A DNA stretch of 60,765 nucleotides from a virus (Duplodnaviria > Caudoviricetes). The translations under genes and the position numbers were made by a program. This document shows, in pieces, positions 1 through 6,423 of this stretch. The notes beneath the pieces are model-generated. The model did no database searches. It was not told the origin of the DNA and saw nothing but the letters and a program-made list of their open reading frames with translations. How positions within the stretch are numbered: the first letter of the stretch is position 1; every line of letters starts with the position of its first letter. The stretch covers positions 1 through 60,765 of the IMG/VR virus record IMGVR_UViG_3300025890_000027; one strand, 5' to 3'.

Positions 1-75
1 GTCACAAAACTTAACATATCTTAACACTTCGTAACATTAAGAACTGTGTCATGGCAGAGCGTAACACTTCTTAAT
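1..75. repeat. 10-bp-phased pentamer array (GTAAC/TTAAC/GTCAC)
   Basis: Pentamers start at 1, 11, 21, 31, 61, 71; minus strand reads GTTACGAAGT-GTTAAGATAT-GTTAAGTTTT-GTGAC. Confidence 0.8.
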
Positions 76-87
76 ATTAAGAAGTAC

Positions 88-113
88 AAAAAAAAGAGGG
101 GGGAGGCCCCCCG
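88..113 (-). terminator. Rho-independent terminator of gene 121..483
   Basis: Minus strand G6/C6 hairpin followed by T8 just after the stop codon. Confidence 0.75.
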
Positions 114-120
114 CTGTCGG

Positions 121-483
121 TTACCTCACCCGAACAGTCTCGTGAGCTGCCGGCTGGTTGACGTTAGCTGAGATGTTCCAGGTGATACAAAGCGCGGTGA
201 CGGCTAGAAGAGCCGCTAACAGACGTCGAGGGGTTGCCTGGCGTTCCCGCTTGATTCGGCGGTTGGTCTCAGCCCTCTCGATCCATTCGCGGATCATCCA
301 GTACTGGCTCCACAGGGCCTCGTCGGATGCGATCCTGTACTCCATCCTCATGTCTTCCATCTGCTCTTCGTTCATTACGCCTAGGCTGTGCAAATCATCC
401 AGGGCTGAGATGCAGCAGTCGACCATAGGCCGGGCGGCCATGGCGCTGAGGTGTTGGTTGAATTCGTTGCTGAGATTGGACAC
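121..483 (-). CDS. Hypothetical early-type protein with C-terminal hydrophobic helix
   Basis: 120-aa ORF, GTG start with AAAGGAA upstream, own promoter and terminator; LLAALLAVTALCITW segment. Confidence 0.75.
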   Translation of the reverse strand: MSNLSNEFNQHLSAMAARPMVDCCISALDDLHSLGVMNEEQMEDMRMEYRIASDEALWSQYWMIREWIERAETNRRIKRERQATPRRLLAALLAVTALCITWNISANVNQPAAHETVRVR

Positions 484-511
484 GGAAGTAATTCCTTTGG
501 TGGACTCCCTT

Positions 512-540
512 ATCTTAGCGACTGCTCTCCACCTTGTCTA
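512..540 (-). promoter_or_regulatory. Sigma70-type promoter
   Basis: Minus strand TAGACA-17 nt-TAAGAT ending about 30 nt before the GTG at 483. Confidence 0.65.
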
Positions 541-567
541 CCCGGACCCCTCTTCTGTTGATCTTTC

Positions 568-683
568 TTAACATATCGTAACGAATGCCAATAACGCATA
601 AGTCACATATCGTAACAATACAGGGTTGTAACAAAACTTAACCCCCCCACCCCCGTTACAATTCGTAACACTCCCAGCCTAAC
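568..683. repeat. Second array of 10-bp-spaced TAAC pentamer pairs
   Basis: Pairs at 568/578, 602/612, 628/638, 655/665. Confidence 0.8.
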
Positions 684-736
684 CCCTCTCAAAATTTTTC
701 ACAAATTCTCAAACTACCTTTAAGGGGGACATGGAA

Positions 737-940
737 TCAATATAACTCTTTCATCCAATCACGTTCTTTTGCAGTCATGAGGTAGATAGTACGATTAAGG
801 ACGGGTTTCAGCTGTTGTTCTTCAAAGTCATGATAAAGCTGTCTAAGTAACTGAGTAACAGCTTGTTGATTCTGGCAGCGAACAGCGATAAGAAGTGCTA
901 AACAGGAGCGATTCATTCTAGTCTGTTCATTTAGCATCAT
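737..940 (-). CDS. Hypothetical protein
   Basis: 67-aa ORF filling the gap, divergent from 985. Confidence 0.55.
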   Translation of the reverse strand: MMLNEQTRMNRSCLALLIAVRCQNQQAVTQLLRQLYHDFEEQQLKPVLNRTIYLMTAKERDWMKELY

Positions 941-950
941 TTTATCACCT

Positions 951-959
951 GGAATACTA
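951..959 (+). promoter_or_regulatory. Putative late promoter motif GGNANNMTA (first of 28 copies, see findings)
   Basis: GGAATACTA 25 nt before ATG 985; same motif at similar spacing before most structural genes. Confidence 0.75.
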
Positions 960-984
960 GTCTGATCGGTTATTATTCCAACTC

Positions 985-1392
985 ATGTCCTTAAATACTG
1001 ATGGTAATTGGGTGGCAGGTGACGAGTTACGCGTTATTGAGGCCTTAAGGGTTCCTTTTGGGGGATATATCTTAGATTGTATTGAAGACTGTATGAATGA
1101 GATGGAGGTTCTAAGCGCCTCTGCGGTTTTAAAGGTACGAATCTTACTGGACGAATATGAAACGGCTGATACCAATGATAGCGCTCAGAATACCGAAGAT
1201 ACTGAGGGGAAGGTATTGGTTAAAGCTGATGTTTTGGAATGGGAAGTTATTGGAGGGAAAAACGGACTAACAGGCCCACAGAAAGAGAAGAATAAAGCTC
1301 GTTTTGAGTTGTGGAACTACTTTTCGTTCTGTTCCTGTATCAGTATGTACAATCCTGATGGCGGTCTTACTACAAGGTTGATTCGGTCTTGA
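985..1392 (+). CDS. Putative head-tail adaptor/virion protein
   Basis: 135 aa, late motif upstream, first of the neck-region genes; function from position only. Confidence 0.55.
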   Translation: MSLNTDGNWVAGDELRVIEALRVPFGGYILDCIEDCMNEMEVLSASAVLKVRILLDEYETADTNDSAQNTEDTEGKVLVKADVLEWEVIGGKNGLTGPQKEKNKARFELWNYFSFCSCISMYNPDGGLTTRLIRS

Positions 1393-1434
1393 TGGGTATA
1401 CTGTGAAAACACTCATTCTTAGTGTATTATTACC

Positions 1435-1620
1435 ATGAACAACATTCATCCTGAAATGAACGAGGGACCCATGGGTGAACTCATGCGCGAAGTGGGACAA
1501 GCTGATGTCGTGGATGTTTGGTGTAAGGGATGTGAGTCCTGGCGTAAGATGAATGCAAAATACGCTAAGATTATTGGTACAGGAGAGATTGAAAGCTGTA
1601 CTCAGTGTCCTGTAAAATAA
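1435..1620 (+). CDS. Small Zn-finger-like protein
   Basis: 61 aa with CKGC...CTQC. Confidence 0.6.
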   Translation: MNNIHPEMNEGPMGELMREVGQADVVDVWCKGCESWRKMNAKYAKIIGTGEIESCTQCPVK

Positions 1621-1817
1621 TGGAATTTCAAATCACTCTAGGTCCAGAACAAATTAGAACCCTTTCGTATGCTGTAAATGAAGCTATTCGTTTGTGGCCC
1701 GGTAGTCCGGCAAGACCTGCTGAAGAACAAGAATGGTTATGGCACTTAAGGGATTCTTTTTTTGCACTTCAGATGGAACTTGTTCTTGATGAAGACGTAA
1801 AGCGTGACGAGGGCTAA
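1620..1817 (+). CDS. Hypothetical protein
   Basis: ATG overlaps previous stop (TAATG); MEFQITL..., WPGSPARPAEEQEWL. Confidence 0.65.
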   Translation: MEFQITLGPEQIRTLSYAVNEAIRLWPGSPARPAEEQEWLWHLRDSFFALQMELVLDEDVKRDEG

Positions 1818-1897
1818 GCCCGAGTTAGCGACTCGACCCGGAGGGGAGAGAAGCTGGGGGGTGCGGCTTGGCAGCCTAGAACGATTGGGTTTACGCT

Positions 1898-2404
1898 ATG
1901 ACCAGCCCCTTGTATCCTTACATTAACTCTCGAGTTCTATTCCCGGGGGTAGTTGACGTCGTAAACGTTAATGGAAGATTTGAAGAGATAATCGCTGATA
2001 ATTTCTTGGTCAAAGCCTGGTTGAAGCGTGTTGAGTATTCAGGGGTCAGCTCGGGGTCAAAAAGAGTTCCACTAGAAAGCCAGTTAGATGGTCAAATGAT
2101 GCCTGGTGCGTCTGGAGATCAGTTTTATTATCGTGGGTATTCGTTAGAGTACGCAGTTGTTCCGGTCGAATATGACCTAAGGCATCCAGCTGAAGGTGGC
2201 CTTGTCTTTAATCCTGTGCATTTTCAACACCCATGGATGAAGACAGGTCAAGAAATTACCCTCGTTCACGGAGAAGGCCCAGTGTTAATAGCTAAAGTTC
2301 AAAGGTCAGACGGTGTTTACGGGGGAGTAGGTATTGATGAAGTCCTGTATAAGGAAATCGGAGGGGTTCAGTTGCAACTGACAGCCAGCGAGCTTCAAAA
2401 CTAA
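1898..2404 (+). CDS. Putative head closure/neck protein
   Basis: 168 aa beta-rich, late motif at 1870, coupled to next gene; positional inference. Confidence 0.55.
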   Translation: MTSPLYPYINSRVLFPGVVDVVNVNGRFEEIIADNFLVKAWLKRVEYSGVSSGSKRVPLESQLDGQMMPGASGDQFYYRGYSLEYAVVPVEYDLRHPAEGGLVFNPVHFQHPWMKTGQEITLVHGEGPVLIAKVQRSDGVYGGVGIDEVLYKEIGGVQLQLTASELQN

Positions 2405-2919
2405 TGGCAATGAATTTATCCAATCAAATCAACGGCGTATTTGAAGAGCTAATCACAAATGTAGAGAGTCTTGACGGCTTAACGTTCGAATCATCCGAGC
2501 AAGTTGTTGGACCGAACTTTTCTATTGAGATTCTAGGCTCGCCTGACACTGATCCAATAATGGGATTACTGGAGAAAGCTCACGAGAGAGGAGTGGCCTC
2601 TGTCGCAAAAGGCCTTGAGGACCACTTGAAAGCCCAGATAATTGCCGTAGGCGCAGTTGATACTGGTGCTTTAATGAACTCAGGCTCAGTAGCCTTCCAT
2701 TCTAACTTTATTAATATCGACTATTCCACCAGCCCTTATGCTGCCCTCGTCCATTATGGAGGATATATAGCGCCCTATGGAAACGTTAATATTAAAAAAG
2801 TCTACATCCCTGGCCGCCCTTGGCTAGAGGCTTCTCTGGGAATCAGCCCTGGTCCGCTTGGTGCATTTGACTGGAAAGAGGCTTATGCGGCTGGAGCTGG
2901 GTCAAGTCTTAAACTATAG
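2404..2919 (+). CDS. Neck/tail completion protein (HK97 gp10-like)
   Basis: VDTGALMNS, PYAALVHYGG and PGRPWL motifs typical of tail completion proteins. Confidence 0.75.
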   Translation: MAMNLSNQINGVFEELITNVESLDGLTFESSEQVVGPNFSIEILGSPDTDPIMGLLEKAHERGVASVAKGLEDHLKAQIIAVGAVDTGALMNSGSVAFHSNFINIDYSTSPYAALVHYGGYIAPYGNVNIKKVYIPGRPWLEASLGISPGPLGAFDWKEAYAAGAGSSLKL

Positions 2920-2947
2920 GTAAGATATAGCGATTTGGAACAAAAAG

Positions 2948-3505
2948 ATGCCTAAGCTGCCTTTTATCGTCGAACCACGAGTCAAACCGGCTCTTGAGAC
3001 CATTGGATCGGACGAGTCTGGCAAAATTCAGGTTAAACGATTGGGATATTTGACTACTTCAGAGAAAACTTTCATTCAAGCTCAAACTCAGTCAGAAGAA
3101 TCGACGCGAAAGCTAATATCTTTGACTCGTTCGATCGGGAAAGAATTGAAAATAGATATGCAAAAGGCTTACGAAAGAGTCTCTAACGCATTGCAGAATA
3201 ACCCTAAAGATAAAATTGACGAAACGATCCAAAAAAAACACGGCGAAGAGTTGGATGAAATTGTCAATGAAATGGCCGCTGCATCTACAAGGAAAACTCT
3301 TATTTCGGTCTTAGCCTTACTGGTTTACAGGGTAGACCCTGAATTCACGGCAGAACAATTATTGGAGTTACACCCTGATATCATTGATGGCCTGTCTTTA
3401 TTGTTTGAAGATGAGGAAGCTCGATCAACAGAAAGACTTACTCAATTGCTTGATAAGGAAGAAACTGGAACAGTCGATCAGCTAGATGATCTTGAAAAAA
3501 AGTAG
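2948..3505 (+). CDS. Tail assembly chaperone (G-like)
   Basis: 185 aa ending GAA AAA AAG TAG with slippery A AAA AAG at 3496-3502. Confidence 0.75.
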   Translation: MPKLPFIVEPRVKPALETIGSDESGKIQVKRLGYLTTSEKTFIQAQTQSEESTRKLISLTRSIGKELKIDMQKAYERVSNALQNNPKDKIDETIQKKHGEELDEIVNEMAAASTRKTLISVLALLVYRVDPEFTAEQLLELHPDIIDGLSLLFEDEEARSTERLTQLLDKEETGTVDQLDDLEKK

Positions 3506-4125
3506 GGGCCGGTGGTAGTGTTGATCTAGACATTGAACATATCTTCTGGTTTTTGAAGTCTTATTTCAAAGGCGATGAAGAATTTAACTACGAAAACTTC
3601 TACCGGTTACCTTACGAGTACGTCCTTAGCGCATATAGCTGGGCTTTGAAGATGCAGCAGATTGAATCCCATAGGGCTGAGCGTCCAGTCTCGTTGCTAG
3701 CAGCTCAGTCTGCTAATATGAATAGAGACCCCAAGAAACGTAGGGTTCCATTTGAATTAGAAGATTTTTACCTTTACCAGCCATTAGAAGAAAAAAGACT
3801 GCCAGAAGCGCGATACGGAGCCTCGGCTCTTTGGCTTGCAGAAAATGATTTGTTTCCAGCTTTTGCTCTTTTCTGTTTTCCAGACTTACGCAAAAATGCT
3901 GGCAAAAATACGCCAACAGTTGTAAGCCTTAACCATCCGAATGCTATCTTGTTAGCGCCAGTAGAGACGCCTGAAGGGATCAAAGGGTTGCTTATAGCAG
4001 AAAAAAATGTTAGCGACAGTACCATCTCAATGTCGTCCCCTTGCGGTCTTTCTTTTTTAGTTAAAATTCCATTTATTAACGATGAGGTCGCAGCAGAAGA
4101 AGACGTTACGTTGTTATATGGTTGA
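3502..4125 (+). CDS. Tail assembly chaperone GT-like extension (-1 frame)
   Basis: -1 frame is open from 3502 (VGAGGSVDLDIEHIFWFLKSYF...) to 4125; only a weak TTG start otherwise. Confidence 0.75.
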   Translation, partial: VGAGGSVDLDIEHIFWFLKSYFKGDEEFNYENFYRLPYEYVLSAYSWALKMQQIESHRAERPVSLLAAQSANMNRDPKKRRVPFELEDFYLYQPLEEKRLPEARYGASALWLAENDLFPAFALFCFPDLRKNAGKNTPTVVSLNHPNAILLAPVETPEGIKGLLIAEKNVSDSTISMSSPCGLSFLVKIPFINDEVAAEEDVTLLYG

Positions 4126-4522
4126 TAAATTTGTCCAGCCAAATTGAATCTTCTTCACTCCCGAACTCAACTTTCCCTTTGATCAGCCAGTTTTTTATAC
4201 GAATCTCTGCCTCTATAGAGTAAAAATCTTGCATCCTAAACCAAGACATCCATTGATCGCTACCTTTGTCAGCATTACATCGAAGGCATGCAGGGATACA
4301 GTTTTTCGTTTGGTCTTGACCTCCATGAGCTCTGGGCTTGACATGATCAATTGTCAGCGACTTGTCGTCAATAGGAGGATTACCACAATAAGCGCATCGA
4401 TCATTCCAGGCTTTTTTTATAGCTGTTCTCCAGATACGCTTTGCTTGAGAGCTATTTAAAGTAGTCATGTTAAAAACGTAGTCCTGCGGAACCTCGAAGA
4501 GGGGGAAACTAACGTCGCTCAT
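4106..4522 (-). CDS. HNH endonuclease
   Basis: CAYCG...LTIDHVKPRAHGG...NCIPACLRCNADKG. Confidence 0.92.
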   Translation of the reverse strand: MSDVSFPLFEVPQDYVFNMTTLNSSQAKRIWRTAIKKAWNDRCAYCGNPPIDDKSLTIDHVKPRAHGGQDQTKNCIPACLRCNADKGSDQWMSWFRMQDFYSIEAEIRIKNWLIKGKVEFGSEEDSIWLDKFINHITT

Positions 4523-4645
4523 CACATGAAGATAACAACGTTTGACATGAGGCCGAATAATGAGGGCGTCATAGGCAAATCAAGCGTTGATGCCAGTAGT
4601 ATTCCGAGTTAACGGAACCATATAAGGAGCCCATTAGGTATAACA

Positions 4646-5077
4646 GTGTCAACTCAAACTTTTCCTGAGTCTCCAGAGATTATCTATAATACTCTGCTGT
4701 CTGACACCGTGTTTTCATCGTATTTAGGTGAATATTTTTTCGCATCTGGTAAAGTATTACCTTCTATCGGAATTCAAAGCCCAGGGGCTGATATGCCGGG
4801 ACTCGATAGAATATCTGGCCTTGAGTGTGTTATTCATGACGCAGCAGATCTTCGCCGCAGACAATTCTACGGATCAACAAATATAGAGGTAAAGTGGAAA
4901 GTTTTTTTAATTTGTTGGGAGCCAGCGAATGGGGGTGTGATGAATCTAGCCGCGAGAAGAGCTATGGAAATATTTGGTGGATCTGAATCGATGGAAACAG
5001 TTGCAGTTGCTGATGGATTAGGAGCTTTAGTTCAGACAATGATCTTAATACCATCCGATATGCCTGTCTTAATTTAA
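4646..5077 (+). CDS. Putative tail terminator
   Basis: 143 aa directly upstream of tail tube; late motif at 4614; positional inference. Confidence 0.6.
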   Translation: MSTQTFPESPEIIYNTLLSDTVFSSYLGEYFFASGKVLPSIGIQSPGADMPGLDRISGLECVIHDAADLRRRQFYGSTNIEVKWKVFLICWEPANGGVMNLAARRAMEIFGGSESMETVAVADGLGALVQTMILIPSDMPVLI

Positions 5078-5166
5078 TCGCAACATTTTACAGGATACCA
5101 AGAGATTCGGCAGAATATTATTAGGTGGGGCAAGCCCGCCATACTTGTCCTTTTGCTCTGGCCCAT

Positions 5167-5760
5167 ATGGCTAATTTTTCCGCCGCTTTTGGCTACAAAG
5201 TGTACCTTGTGCCACTAGCCTCAAGTTCTGTTCAAGTTGACTCCGTTATTTCCCTGGCAGGTCTAGGAGACGGTGGCTTTATCGATGAAACTACTACTGT
5301 TCCAGCGGCTTCTCCTTTAAGCTATTCTGCTGGCGTATTCAGTGTAAACAGCGTAGCAATGAATATGGACGGAGCTGACACTCCTTTCCTTTTGCGCGGT
5401 CTGACAAACGCCTCTCTGGAAACCGATACTGGTTCTGAGGACGTTTATACTTATGATGACGAGACTAAAGGCTTCAATCAAGCCGTCGCTACGACTAAAA
5501 GTTTCAGCTTGACTCTCGCAGGTGTTGCTGACTTTAAAGATTCTGCATATCAGGCATTGCGCCTGACTGAGCAAAATACCGTAGCAGATTCATTGCGAGT
5601 TAAATTTGCTCGGATCGGCCCTACCGGGACGGACGAAACAGTATACGGCTATGGAACGCTGACAGGCTACACTGAATCGGTGGAAGTTACAAGCATTGTG
5701 TCCTGGGAATGCACACTAACTGGCTATGGCTTCTATGGTCTAGACCTTGACACTAATTAG
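5167..5760 (+). CDS. Major tail (tube) protein
   Basis: MANFSAAFG start; TYDDETKGFNQAVATTKSFSL and VSWECTLTGYG resemble siphovirus tube proteins; upstream of tape measure. Confidence 0.8.
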   Translation: MANFSAAFGYKVYLVPLASSSVQVDSVISLAGLGDGGFIDETTTVPAASPLSYSAGVFSVNSVAMNMDGADTPFLLRGLTNASLETDTGSEDVYTYDDETKGFNQAVATTKSFSLTLAGVADFKDSAYQALRLTEQNTVADSLRVKFARIGPTGTDETVYGYGTLTGYTESVEVTSIVSWECTLTGYGFYGLDLDTN

Positions 5761-6324
5761 CTGATTGGAGGGGCTGAAGGTGCGTTGAGAACCCTTAACG
5801 GTTCCAGCGTCACCACTTCCACTAGCTTTAGCAATCAGGATACTAACGGTGTCTTGGTTGATATCACCGGACCGAACGGAGCTACCGCGACTGCTGATAT
5901 TGTCACTGGAGGGGACTTGATGACTAATCTCGAAGTTATCCGCACCTCTAACGACAAATTCAGAGTTGGTGATTCGATTACCATCACTGAAAATGGCGGA
6001 ACCGGAGTTGCAACTGCGACTGTTTCAGAAATCCACGAAGGTCAGAAAATCGGTGCCATTGCATCGACCGATGCCTTCAACACAGATAACCCCTTCGACG
6101 CTGCTGACACTTCCGGTATTGCCGTCACCCTTACTCCGAGTGCTGGTATTACTAGCCAACTTGGAGCCGGCCTCGCCGGAACGGCTACCACTTCTGGGCC
6201 AAACTTGCTCGATAGTGTTCAGCTCACCGATGGTGGTTACGGATTCCTCGTTGACGACATCATCGAAGTCGAAGAAGTAGGTGGATCCGGTATTGGTCAC
6301 ATCCGTGTTCTTACTCTCGCTTAA
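5761..6324 (+). CDS. In-frame C-terminal extension of tail tube (readthrough) or separate TTG-start protein
   Basis: Same frame as tube gene, open from the codon after TAG; two related beta-rich modules. Confidence 0.65.
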   Translation: MIGGAEGALRTLNGSSVTTSTSFSNQDTNGVLVDITGPNGATATADIVTGGDLMTNLEVIRTSNDKFRVGDSITITENGGTGVATATVSEIHEGQKIGAIASTDAFNTDNPFDAADTSGIAVTLTPSAGITSQLGAGLAGTATTSGPNLLDSVQLTDGGYGFLVDDIIEVEEVGGSGIGHIRVLTLA

Positions 6325-6365
6325 ACTTCTAACCTCAGCCCTTAGAAGAACTACAGCATACTCAC

Positions 6366-6390
6366 AGCTCGCCTCTAGGCGGGCTTTTTT
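6366..6390 (+). terminator. Rho-independent terminator
   Basis: AGCTCGCC-TCTA-GGCGGGCT then T run. Confidence 0.85.
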
Positions 6391-6423
6391 CATGGAACAC
6401 TAGTTGAGGAACTTTTAACGTCG

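Noticed and set aside
1-683. CRISPR array or NtcA boxes
   Set aside because: Repeats are 5-mers with 10-nt period and no spacers; no GTA-N8-TAC match in the copies I checked
3231-3238. A8 run as the chaperone frameshift site
   Set aside because: The -1 frame hits TGA at 3256; the site at 3496-3502 gives the long product
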